NCBI GenBank assembly: GCA_044372795.1
Contig: JBILRF010000001.1
Coordinates: forward strand, 20,359-84,358
DNA: 64,000 bases
Direction: 5' to 3'
Origin: Rhodoluna sp.
GTDB lineage: Bacteria > Actinomycetota > Actinomycetes > Actinomycetales > Microbacteriaceae
The position numbers and the translations under genes are program-made. Under the pieces are notes generated by a model. The model made no database searches. It was given only the letters and a program-made list of their open reading frames with translations, and was not told the DNA's origin. Of this stretch, positions 36,701 to 44,986 are shown in pieces (position 1 is the first letter of the stretch; every line of letters starts with the position of its first letter).

Positions 36701-37422
36701 GGCAGCTACTTAGTCTTGAGCGAGAGATGCTTGGTCTTTACGTGAGCGCTCATCCACTTCAAGGAGCTGAGAGTAAGTTACGAAGTTCAGCAACTGAAAC
36801 TATTGAGTCTTTCAACACAAGAACTAACTTTGTCGACACAGAAACAGTCACACTTGCTGGTTTGATTACAACCGTTGAAGTAAAGACAGCAAGAGCCTCT
36901 GGGAATCTGTATGCCAACATCACTATCGAAGATCTTGAGGGTGAAGTTACTCTGATGATTTTCAACAAGACCTACCAAGAGTTTGTTGAAATCTTGAAGG
37001 TTGACACTATGGTTGCTGTGCGTGGCCGCATGCGTCCAAGAGATGATGGCTTTGCGCTAAATGTCTATGACATAAGGGTCCTGGAGAAGGAAGAATCAAC
37101 ATTCGTGGGACCACTGAAAATTCGAATGCCAGAAAAAGTAGCAACAGCAAAAAACATAGCCATACTTGATGCGATCTTTAACCGTTACCCCGGTAAAACT
37201 GAAGTTCACCTTTTGATGGAGACAGACAAGGGGGTTCAGCCTTACAAGGTTAAACACCTCGTCCAGGTAGCTGATCCACTTATTTCTGAAGTTAAACAGC
37301 ATTTTGGAACTTCAGCGCTGGATGATGTTGTTGAGCTAAAAGAGATAACTTCAGAGCCTGTTGCCGGGGAGGACGTAGCCCCTCTGGTGGTAGAGCAAGC
37401 TGGGGAGCTCTTCGGCCAATAG
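33709..37422 (+). CDS. dnaE: DNA polymerase III alpha subunit (DnaE1)
   Basis: PHP domain FVHLHVHTDYSMLDG, polymerase core and OB fold. 1237 aa. Contains an acidic insertion and a non-conserved C-terminal tail. Confidence 0.96.
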   Translation: MTSGSANFVHLHVHTDYSMLDGAAKIDELLDKAVGYEMPAIAITDHGNNFGAYEFWQKATKKGIKPIIGIEAYLAPGSRFDKSRTYWADGGDDDLSKGAYSHLTMLSTDNASMMNLFKLSSYAWLEGYYFQPRMDRELLAKYSKGIIATSGCAGGEVQTRLRLGQYKEALETAAEFRDIFGKDNYFIEIMDHGASVERRSFEELIKLSKDLGIPLLATNDLHYTEPGHIEAQEALLCIQTGTKMTDEKRFKFDGEGYYLKSARQMRELFADFPEACDNTLLVAERSDIKFEERNLMPRFDVPEGHTEASWFEQEVLAGMKARFGTNIAAEYQERIAYEIQVIKNMNFPGYFLVVADFISWARAQGIRVGPGRGSAAGSLVSYVLGITALDPIKYGLIFERFLNPSRKSLPDIDVDFDDRRRGEVIRYVTEKYGDDRVAQIITYGTIKAKQSIKDAARVLGMDYSVGEKLTKAMPPMILGRDMTLREMIEDPNLKPVVEVSIDEPSDDEFEEDTIELEPVAVAAAVKTDSKSRYKEAAEFRKILEEDPDARRVFELARGLEGLKRQTSVHAAGVIMSAEPLLDVIPVIRRDDDGAIITAFAQKPCEDLGLVKMDFLGLRNLTVLDKAIENVLSNRGETVVLEDLDLDGDQLTYEMLSRGETLGVFQLDGGQMRSLLKILKPSKFEHISAAIALYRPGPMGVGSHTSYAHRKNGNEQPDSIHPDLEGPLADILGPTYGLIVYQEQVMAVAQKVANFSLAQADALRSAMGKKLKDVLDEQLAAFTAGMKQNGFSDVVIEKLWGTLLPFADYAFNKAHSAAYGVLSYWTAYLKANYPQEYMAALLTSVRSSRDRLSVYLSETRRAGIQVLPPDVNDSIADFRAVGKDIRFGLEAVKNVGLGVIQEIIRTRETEGRFESFQDFVSKVPASVCTKKVIESLIKAGAFDSFGVSRRALFEVHEEIITAEIKAKKSKTTGDSDLFGDFGSDETSYKIANLAEWPQRQLLSLEREMLGLYVSAHPLQGAESKLRSSATETIESFNTRTNFVDTETVTLAGLITTVEVKTARASGNLYANITIEDLEGEVTLMIFNKTYQEFVEILKVDTMVAVRGRMRPRDDGFALNVYDIRVLEKEESTFVGPLKIRMPEKVATAKNIAILDAIFNRYPGKTEVHLLMETDKGVQPYKVKHLVQVADPLISEVKQHFGTSALDDVVELKEITSEPVAGEDVAPLVVEQAGELFGQ

Positions 37423-37848
37423 GCCTTCGATTATTTCTACGACGATCACAGCATTTGCTGCCACTTCGTGTCTTTCAATTATTTTTCCAATAAGGACAGC
37501 ATTCACTTTATGGAAGATTGGCACTCCTGTGCCTTCATGAGCAAACCAGTCAGCGTCTAAGAATCTTTTTGTGTGATCCTGACTCATCTTGTGGGCAAGC
37601 TCTAGCGAACTCTCGTTGAGCATCTGCACAGAGACGAATTCAGCAGTGCTCAGCGCAGGCCAGCTACTTGCCCCTCTAGCAACATTGAAAGTTACATGTG
37701 CAGGGTCAGACCCTAGGGAAGTTACAGAAGTGGCTGTGAAGCCAACAGGGTTACCTTCAGCGTTGTTTAGCGTGATTACGCATACACCTGAGGCGTGGCG
37801 TCTGAAGGACTGTTTTAGGGCTTCTGTTGTATCGGTTATCTTTTCCAT
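37351..37848 (-). CDS. Flavin reductase-like (FMN-binding split-barrel) protein
   Basis: 165 aa flavin_reduct domain (FRRHASGVCVIT..GFTATSV..) with a C-terminal LLYHQRGY motif. Its 3' end overlaps the dnaE 3' end by 72 nt. Confidence 0.85.
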   Translation of the reverse strand: MEKITDTTEALKQSFRRHASGVCVITLNNAEGNPVGFTATSVTSLGSDPAHVTFNVARGASSWPALSTAEFVSVQMLNESSLELAHKMSQDHTKRFLDADWFAHEGTGVPIFHKVNAVLIGKIIERHEVAANAVIVVEIIEGLLAEELPSLLYHQRGYVLPGNRL

Positions 37849-37897
37849 GACTGCACTTTCTTTTCTGGCTTCAAGGTTAACCTAAGTTACAAGGTCG

Positions 37898-39268
37898 ATG
37901 AGTGAAACCAGCCTAAGTTGTCCTAAAATAGAGCAACTAACAGAGAAGATGCGTGTGAGCGAATTAATTAGGTTCCTAGATTTGAGCGGGAGTAAGTTCT
38001 CACCTGCTCTTATTTCTCGTGAGATCCCAAGAGCTTCACTTGATTTAGATTCTGCAATTGAAATCATTCGCCCATTGGTTGAAAAGATTCAAACTGGTGG
38101 CGCAAGCGCTATCGCAGAGATTGCCAAAGAATTTGATGGCATTGATGTTAATCCAATTCGAGTGAGTCAAGAAGAACTGAGCCTTGCTCTTCAAGATTTA
38201 GATGCCGAGCTTCGAGCTTCCTTGGAAGTAGCCATTGATCGAGTTAGAAAAGTTTCTGCAGAATCTTTACCAGAAGGCTTTAGCAAGACTTTGGCTTCAG
38301 GAGCAAAAGTTTCTCAACGGTGGCAACCGATGGATTCGGTTGGGCTTTATGTGCCTGGAGGCAAGGCTGTCTATCCATCAAGTGTGATCATGAACGTGGT
38401 TCCTGCTCAGACAGCCGGAGTGAAGAAAATAGCTATCGCAACCCCTGGCCAAGCCGCTTTTGGTGGTAGACCTCATCCAACTGTTTTGGCTACTGCTGAA
38501 CTTCTTGGAGTCAAAGATGTTTACACAATTGGTGGCCCAGCTGCCGTAATCTCTTTTGCGTTTGGAATCCCTGAAATCGGTTTAGAGCCCGTGAACCTTG
38601 TCACAGGCCCTGGAAATGTTTATGTTGCTGCTGCTAAGCGGATGCTCAGGGGAGTCATAGCAATTGACTCAGAGGCTGGACCTACTGAAATCATGGTCAT
38701 TGCTGATAGCTCTGCTAACGCTGAGTTTGTTGCAGCTGACTTGATCTCACAGGCAGAACACGATGAATTAGCCGCGGCCGTCCTAGTCACAGATTCGATG
38801 GAACTAATTGGCAAAGTTCGAGAGGCTATCGAACACCAAGTTGCATCATCGCCAAATAAATCAAGGATTCTGGAGGCTCTAAAGGGGCAGCAGAGCGCTC
38901 TTGTGTTGGTTAAGGACCTAAATGAGGCAGCCCAGGTTGCTGACCTTTACGCTACCGAGCATTTATCCCTCCAAACTGCTGAAAATGAAGCTATTCTCCA
39001 AAAGATTTCTAACGCTGGAGCCATTTTTATGGGAAGTTTTTCACCAGTTTCACTAGGTGATTACCTAGCGGGATCAAATCACGTCCTGCCAACCGGTGGT
39101 CAAGCTAGATTCGGGTCAGGATTGGGTGTACACACCTTCCTAAGGGCTCAGCAGGTCATTGAATACACAGAATCAGCCTTGTCAGAGGTGGCAAATAATG
39201 TGGTCTCTATCGCTGATTCAGAGGGTTTACAGGCCCACGGTGAAGCGATAAAAATCCGCTTTCAATAG
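37898..39268 (+). CDS. hisD: Histidinol dehydrogenase
   Basis: QAEHD and zinc/NAD-binding regions (GPGNVYVAAAKR, SLGDYLAGSNHVLPT). An alternative start at ATG 37949 (MRVSELIRFLDL) would give 439 aa. Confidence 0.93.
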   Translation: MSETSLSCPKIEQLTEKMRVSELIRFLDLSGSKFSPALISREIPRASLDLDSAIEIIRPLVEKIQTGGASAIAEIAKEFDGIDVNPIRVSQEELSLALQDLDAELRASLEVAIDRVRKVSAESLPEGFSKTLASGAKVSQRWQPMDSVGLYVPGGKAVYPSSVIMNVVPAQTAGVKKIAIATPGQAAFGGRPHPTVLATAELLGVKDVYTIGGPAAVISFAFGIPEIGLEPVNLVTGPGNVYVAAAKRMLRGVIAIDSEAGPTEIMVIADSSANAEFVAADLISQAEHDELAAAVLVTDSMELIGKVREAIEHQVASSPNKSRILEALKGQQSALVLVKDLNEAAQVADLYATEHLSLQTAENEAILQKISNAGAIFMGSFSPVSLGDYLAGSNHVLPTGGQARFGSGLGVHTFLRAQQVIEYTESALSEVANNVVSIADSEGLQAHGEAIKIRFQ

Positions 39269-39321
39269 AAAAATTTTCCAATCTTTTTGATAACAAAAAG
39301 GTTAATTCTTTAGTTGAAGGT

Positions 39322-39350
39322 TAGGGTTTTTAGGCCAAAATCCCTATTTC
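39322..39350 (+). terminator. Probable intrinsic terminator after hisD
   Basis: TAGGGTTTT / AAAA(T)CCCTA stem with a one-nt bulge and a 6-nt loop, followed by TTTC. Confidence 0.45.
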
Positions 39351-39400
39351 TAGGGGCAACACGCCGACAAATACAAATACAGGCTTCAAAGTCACCTAAA

Positions 39401-39416
39401 CCACAAGATATAGGGA
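39401..39416 (+). promoter_or_regulatory. NrdR-box-like site 1
   Basis: CCACAAGATATAGGGA matches the published NrdR box consensus acaCwAtATaTwGtgt at 12 of 16 positions (my alignment). Confidence 0.5.
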
Positions 39417-39433
39417 CGGGAAACGTAAATATC

Positions 39434-39449
39434 ACCACATGTAGTGTGT
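39434..39449 (+). promoter_or_regulatory. NrdR-box-like site 2, abutting a TATTAT -10 candidate (39449-39454)
   Basis: ACCACATGTAGTGTGT matches the consensus at 11 of 16 positions, with a strong right half TAGTGTGT. Its centre is about 33 bp from box 1. Confidence 0.45.
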
Positions 39450-39507
39450 ATTATGGTTTCTCTACCCAGCAAAAATAGTCGAAAAACCCTATAAAAAGGA
39501 GGAAAAC

Positions 39508-39978
39508 ATGCACTGTCCATTCTGTCGCCATGCGGACTCCAGGGTTATGGATTCAAGGACTTCAGACGATGGAAGCTCGATCCGACGCCGCAGGCAGTGC
39601 CCTGAGTGCGGATCCAGGTTCTCAACCACTGAAACCTCAAGTCTTTCGGTTGTAAAGCGCGGGGGGACAACTGAGCCTTTCAGCCGAGACAAAATCGCAA
39701 ATGGAGTCAGAAAAGCTTGCCAAGGACGTCCAGTTAGTGAATCAGACCTCGCGATGCTTGCTCAAACAGTTGAGGAAACCATCCGAGCTACAGGTGCCGC
39801 TCAAGTAGAGGCACAAGAAGTTGGCCTAGCGATCCTTGGTCCACTTAGAGCCCTTGATGAGGTGGCGTTCATGAGATACGCCAGCGTTTATCAGGGTTGG
39901 GAAACATTAGAAGATTTCGAAGCAGCCATAGCTGTGCTCAAAGTTGAGCGCGAAAACCAGGTTTCGCAGTCGAGTTAA
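39508..39978 (+). CDS. nrdR: Transcriptional repressor NrdR
   Basis: Zinc ribbon CPFC..CPEC followed by an ATP-cone domain. AAGGAGG RBS. Confidence 0.96.
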   Translation: MHCPFCRHADSRVMDSRTSDDGSSIRRRRQCPECGSRFSTTETSSLSVVKRGGTTEPFSRDKIANGVRKACQGRPVSESDLAMLAQTVEETIRATGAAQVEAQEVGLAILGPLRALDEVAFMRYASVYQGWETLEDFEAAIAVLKVERENQVSQSS

Positions 39979-40033
39979 TCGAATGCGATTACAAAACATC
40001 AAAAAAGTTAATAAATAAAAGAAAGGCAACAAA

Positions 40034-42865
40034 ATGACCGATACATCGGCTTTCACCGACGCCGGTGCAGCGCAGGGGAGAAAAGGGCTCAAGATTGAGC
40101 GTATTTACACCACCGAAGGCGTTCACCCTTACGACCAGGTCAACTGGGAGTTCCGCGACGTAGTTCAGACAAACTGGAAGACTGGCGAGACCATCTTCGA
40201 ACAGCGCGGAGCTGAGTTCCCAGAATTTTGGAGCTTAAACGCGTCAACCATCGTTACAACCAAGTACTTCCGTGGTGCTATGGGTACACCTGCGCGTGAG
40301 TTCAGCCTTCGTCAGCTGATCAACCGTGTTGTGTTGACTTACGCTCAGGGTGGACGTGACCACGGTTACTTCGCTACTGAAGAAGATGCGACCATCTTCG
40401 AGCACGAACTAACCTTCATGCTTCTAAACCAGGTATTCGCATTCAACTCACCAGTTTGGTTCAACGTTGGAACTTCAAGCCCACAGCAGGTTTCAGCTTG
40501 TTTCATCTTGTCAGTTGATGACTCAATGGAATCAATCTTGAACTGGTACCGCGAAGAAGGAATGATCTTCAAGGGTGGATCAGGTGCTGGTCTAAACCTT
40601 TCACGCATTCGTTCATCAAAGGAACTTCTACGTTCATCAGGTGGTTCAGCTTCAGGTCCAGTTTCATTCATGCGTGGAGCTGACGCATCTGCAGGAACAA
40701 TCAAGTCTGGTGGTGCGACTCGTCGTGCAGCGAAGATGGTTGTTCTAGATGTTGATCACCCAGACATCGAAGAATTCATTGAGACCAAGTCTCGTGAAGA
40801 AGACAAGATTCGCGTACTACGCGATGCAGGTTACGACATGGAGCTTGGTGGCAAGGACATCAACTCTGTTCAGTACCAGAACGCTAACAACTCAGTTCGC
40901 GTGAACGAAGAGTTCATGACAGCTGTTGAGCGTGGCACAAACTTCGGTCTACGTGCTCGCACAAACGGTGAAGTCATCGAAGAAGTAGATGCTCGTGAGC
41001 TATGGGACAAGATTGCCTATGCTGCTTGGGCATGTGCTGACCCTGGTATCCAGTACGACGACATCATCAACGACTGGCACACAACTCCAGAATCAGGTCG
41101 TATCACTGCTTCTAACCCATGTTCTGAGTACATGCACTTGGACAACTCATCATGTAACCTAGCCAGCTTGAACTTGCTGAAGTTCTTGAACCCAGACGGT
41201 TCATTCGACAGCGAGAAGTTCACAAAGGCTTCAGAGTTGATCATCACTGCAATGGACATCTCAATCTGTTTCGCAGATTTCCCAACCGAAAAGATTGGTG
41301 AGACAACACGTGCATACCGTCAGCTAGGAATTGGTTACGCAAACCTTGGCGCATTGCTTATGGCAATCGGTCTTCCTTATGACAGCACCGAAGGTCAGGC
41401 ACTTGCTGCAGCTATCACATCATTGATGTCAGCTGCCTCATACCGCCGTTCAGCTGAACTTGCTGGTGTAGTTGGTCCTTACGATGGCTACTCACACAAC
41501 AAGGCTGGTCACGACCGCATCATGCGCAAGCACGAGGCAGCTAACGCTACTCTTCGTTCAATCTCAGAGGTTGACCGTTCAGTGCTAGAGGCAGCTACAC
41601 GTCAGTGGGCACTAAACACTCAGATCGGTTCTTCAAACGGATGGCGTAACTCACAGGCTTCATTGCTTGCTCCTACTGGAACCATTGGTTTCATGATGGA
41701 CTGTGACACCACAGGTATCGAGCCTGACTTCTCACTAGTGAAGTACAAGAAGCTCTCAACTGGTGGTTCAATGCAGATTGTTAACCAGACAATTCCATTC
41801 GCATTGCACAGACTTGGTTACTCACAGGAGACCATCGAAGCAATCATCGATCACATCAGCACCAACGGTCACGTTGTAGACGCTCCAGGACTAAAGTCAG
41901 AGCACTACGCGATCTTTGATACTGCTGTTGGTATCCGCGCTATTGAGCCAATGGGTCACGTCAGAATGATGGCAGCTGTTCAGCCATTCCTATCAGGTGC
42001 GATCTCAAAGACTGTAAACATGCCAGAGACAGCAACCATCGAAGAAGTCAAGGAAATCTATTTCCAGGGCTGGAAGTATGGTCTAAAGGCTTTAGCTATT
42101 TACCGCGACAACTGTAAGGTTGGTCAGCCTCTAAGCGATGCTAAGGCAAAGGTTGAAGAGAAGGCAGCTCCAGCAGAAGCAACTTCTGCAGGTCTTTCAC
42201 ACCCTGTTCGCAAGCGTCTACCTAAGTCACGTCCATCTTCAACCACTTCATTCACTGTTGGTGGAGCAGAAGGTTACATGACTGCAGGAACATACCCAGA
42301 CGGCGTTCTAGGTGAAGTATTCCTAAAGCTAGGTAAGCAGGGTTCAACTCTTGCCGGTGTTATGGATGCATTCTCAATCGCAGTTTCAATTGGTCTCCAG
42401 TACGGCGTACCACTAGAGACTTACGTACAGAAGTTCACTAACGTTTCATTCGAGCCAGCTGGTTTGACTGATGACAAGGACATCCGTATGGCTAAGTCAT
42501 TGATGGACTACATCTTCCGTCGTCTAGCAATTGACTACCTGCCAACCGAAACTCGTCAGGCACTAGGTATCAACACTGCATCAGAGAGATCAGCATCTCT
42601 TGACGCTGCAGGAACATACCCAGCAATTGCAGAGCTTCCAACTGAGGCACCTGCTGTTGCAGAGGCTCCAGTAGTTATCGAACTAAAGGTTGAAGAAGTT
42701 CACACAGAATCTGCACGCCAGGTTCACTCATCAGCTGAACTGTTCGAGATGCTTCAGGGAACTGAATCAGATGCTCCACTGTGCTTCAGCTGTGGAATCA
42801 AGATGAGACCTTCTGGTTCATGCCACGTCTGCGAAGGCTGTGGATCAACTAGCGGTTGCAGCTAA
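40034..42865 (+). CDS. nrdJ: Adenosylcobalamin-dependent (class II) ribonucleotide reductase
   Basis: 943 aa. Active-site NPCSEY. C-terminal Cys cluster CFSCG..CHVCEGCG. No R2 partner gene is adjacent. Confidence 0.93.
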   Translation: MTDTSAFTDAGAAQGRKGLKIERIYTTEGVHPYDQVNWEFRDVVQTNWKTGETIFEQRGAEFPEFWSLNASTIVTTKYFRGAMGTPAREFSLRQLINRVVLTYAQGGRDHGYFATEEDATIFEHELTFMLLNQVFAFNSPVWFNVGTSSPQQVSACFILSVDDSMESILNWYREEGMIFKGGSGAGLNLSRIRSSKELLRSSGGSASGPVSFMRGADASAGTIKSGGATRRAAKMVVLDVDHPDIEEFIETKSREEDKIRVLRDAGYDMELGGKDINSVQYQNANNSVRVNEEFMTAVERGTNFGLRARTNGEVIEEVDARELWDKIAYAAWACADPGIQYDDIINDWHTTPESGRITASNPCSEYMHLDNSSCNLASLNLLKFLNPDGSFDSEKFTKASELIITAMDISICFADFPTEKIGETTRAYRQLGIGYANLGALLMAIGLPYDSTEGQALAAAITSLMSAASYRRSAELAGVVGPYDGYSHNKAGHDRIMRKHEAANATLRSISEVDRSVLEAATRQWALNTQIGSSNGWRNSQASLLAPTGTIGFMMDCDTTGIEPDFSLVKYKKLSTGGSMQIVNQTIPFALHRLGYSQETIEAIIDHISTNGHVVDAPGLKSEHYAIFDTAVGIRAIEPMGHVRMMAAVQPFLSGAISKTVNMPETATIEEVKEIYFQGWKYGLKALAIYRDNCKVGQPLSDAKAKVEEKAAPAEATSAGLSHPVRKRLPKSRPSSTTSFTVGGAEGYMTAGTYPDGVLGEVFLKLGKQGSTLAGVMDAFSIAVSIGLQYGVPLETYVQKFTNVSFEPAGLTDDKDIRMAKSLMDYIFRRLAIDYLPTETRQALGINTASERSASLDAAGTYPAIAELPTEAPAVAEAPVVIELKVEEVHTESARQVHSSAELFEMLQGTESDAPLCFSCGIKMRPSGSCHVCEGCGSTSGCS

Positions 42866-42880
42866 ATCCAGTTTGATAAT

Positions 42881-42918
42881 GGGTCGACTTCTTAGTTGAG
42901 GTCGACCCATTTTCATTT
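42881..42918 (+). terminator. Intrinsic terminator after nrdJ
   Basis: GGGTCGAC (42881-42888) pairs with GTCGACCC (42901-42908) around a 12-nt loop, followed by ATTTTCATTT. Confidence 0.75.
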
Positions 42919-42954
42919 ACAAGGATTAATTGAATTGAAAGGTAACCTAAGACA

Positions 42955-43959
42955 ATGATTTACCCAGTGCTCTTTAGGCTTTTCCTTTCCAAACTCGATC
43001 CAGAGAAAGCTCATCACCTCGGGATGTTTGCAATAAGGGCAGCCTCAGCACTGCGACTTACTAAGTTGCTGCCGAGAATAGAAACCCAAAGAGTGAAGAC
43101 CATGGGGTTAAAATTCGATTCGCCTTTTGGACTAGCAGCAGGTTTTGATAAAAACGCTATTGCTGTTAGAGCCTTAGGCGAAATCGGTTTTTCTCATGTT
43201 GAGATTGGAACTGTCACAGCCATTGCGCAAGAGGGCAATGAGGCACCAAGACTATTTAGATTGAAACAAGACCGAGCTCTAATAAACCGTATGGGTTTCA
43301 ATAATGATGGTGCTGAAGTAGTTGCAGCAAGGCTAAAGAAACTGCGAAGTTCAAGAGCGAAACTACCGATCATCGGAGTGAACATCGGTAAGAGCCGAGT
43401 GGTTGATGTGAAGGATGCGGTTGCTGATTATGAAAGAAGTGCTGAACTACTCGCACCATATGCAGATTACATAGCCGTCAATGTTTCTTCACCAAACACA
43501 CCTGGCCTGCGTTCCCTTCAAGAAGTGAGCTCCCTAAAACCAATACTTGAAGCAGTAATCGCAAAGGCTAAAGGCAAACCTGTTCTAGTCAAGATCGCAC
43601 CAGATCTAGCTGATGAAGACATAGTCGAAGTTGCTCACCTCGCCAAAGAACTGCATCTGGCAGGAGTGATTGGAACCAACACCACGATCTCTAGAGATAA
43701 CTTGAAGACCCCAGCTGCTGAAGTAAATCAAATGGGCCCAGGCGGCCTGTCAGGACCTCCTCTTGAAGAAAGATCTTTAGAAGTGCTCAAACTTCTTAGA
43801 AGTAACCTTCGTCAAGATCAAACCATAATTTCTGTTGGGGGAGTAGAAACTAACTCTCAACTCAATGAAAGATTAAATGCAGGAGCCGACTTAGTGCAGG
43901 GGTATACAGGTTTTGTTTACTTAGGCCCACTTTGGGCCAGAGCAATAAATAAAATCTAA
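42955..43959 (+). CDS. pyrD: Dihydroorotate dehydrogenase (quinone), class 2
   Basis: NRMGFNN, NVSSPNTPGLR and GTNTT motifs. Confidence 0.93.
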   Translation: MIYPVLFRLFLSKLDPEKAHHLGMFAIRAASALRLTKLLPRIETQRVKTMGLKFDSPFGLAAGFDKNAIAVRALGEIGFSHVEIGTVTAIAQEGNEAPRLFRLKQDRALINRMGFNNDGAEVVAARLKKLRSSRAKLPIIGVNIGKSRVVDVKDAVADYERSAELLAPYADYIAVNVSSPNTPGLRSLQEVSSLKPILEAVIAKAKGKPVLVKIAPDLADEDIVEVAHLAKELHLAGVIGTNTTISRDNLKTPAAEVNQMGPGGLSGPPLEERSLEVLKLLRSNLRQDQTIISVGGVETNSQLNERLNAGADLVQGYTGFVYLGPLWARAINKI

Positions 43960-44957
43960 ACCAGTCTTGCTTCTGGAGCTTTAGTCTCTCTTGGGTCAGT
44001 TACTGCAATAGGTGCCATCAACTCGGTCACCTTGTTCATGATCTCAGTTGGAATCTCAACTCCAACTGCTCCTAGATTGCTTGTAATCTGCTCAGGAGTT
44101 GTTGCTCCAACAATCGCGCTTGCAACATTCTTGTTCTGTAGAACCCATGCAAGAGCAAACTGCGCCATGGTTAGGCCAAGCTCATCCGCTAGTGGCTTTA
44201 GTTGCTGCACTCTGGTTAGAACATCATCGGTTAGATGCTTTTGAATGAAGCTGTTTACCTTTTCATTAGCTGCTCTTGACCCAGCAGGAACAGGTTGTCC
44301 TGGAAGATACTTTCCAGTTAGAACACCTTGCGCCATTGGAGACCAGACAATTTGGCTAACACCAAGTTCTTCACAGGTAGGAATTACTTCTGCTTCAATT
44401 ACACGCCAAAGCATTGAGTACTGAGGCTGGCTTGAAATCAATTGGAACCCCATTTGGGTTGCCAGCTTGTGACCAGCACGAATTTGCTCTGCATTCCACT
44501 CTGATACACCGATGTATAGAGCTTTACCTTGACGAACTATGTCAGCAAATGCCTGCATGGTTTCTTCAAGTGGAGTCTCAACGTCAAAGCGGTGAGCCTG
44601 GTAAAGATCTACGTACTCCATTTGCAAACGCTTTAGTGAACCATTGATTGATTCCATGATGTGTTTGCGGGACAGGCCTGTGTCATTTGGCATGCGCTCA
44701 GCGACCGGCCAATAAACCTTCGTAAAAACTTCTAGACCTTCTCTGCGGTGGCCCTTTAGAGCATCACCTAGAACTGTTTCTGCCGCTTGGTTAGCGTAAA
44801 CATCTGCAGTGTCAAAGGAAGTAATGCCGCCTTCCAAAGCAGCCTTCACAGTTGCGTATGCAGCCTCGTTCTCGATTTGGGTGGCATGGGTCAGCCAGTT
44901 GCCGTAAACCAATTCGCTAACTTTGAATCCGCTGTTTCCTAGGTAACGATATTTCAT
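43956..44957 (-). CDS. Aldo/keto reductase family oxidoreductase
   Basis: MKYRYLGNSGFKVSELVYG N-terminus, FDTADVY and an AKR (alpha/beta)8 pattern. 333 aa. Confidence 0.88.
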   Translation of the reverse strand: MKYRYLGNSGFKVSELVYGNWLTHATQIENEAAYATVKAALEGGITSFDTADVYANQAAETVLGDALKGHRREGLEVFTKVYWPVAERMPNDTGLSRKHIMESINGSLKRLQMEYVDLYQAHRFDVETPLEETMQAFADIVRQGKALYIGVSEWNAEQIRAGHKLATQMGFQLISSQPQYSMLWRVIEAEVIPTCEELGVSQIVWSPMAQGVLTGKYLPGQPVPAGSRAANEKVNSFIQKHLTDDVLTRVQQLKPLADELGLTMAQFALAWVLQNKNVASAIVGATTPEQITSNLGAVGVEIPTEIMNKVTELMAPIAVTDPRETKAPEARLV

Positions 44958-44986
44958 TTCTCTCCTTAGATGGCCTTAGGTGAATG

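Noticed and set aside
33709-42865. Suspicion of inteins in the long dnaE (1237 aa) and nrdJ (943 aa) genes.
   Set aside because: Both read as continuous homologous sequence. Neither has Cys/Ser-start with His-Asn-end splice junction blocks or endonuclease motifs. The extra length in DnaE is a short acidic loop plus a tail.
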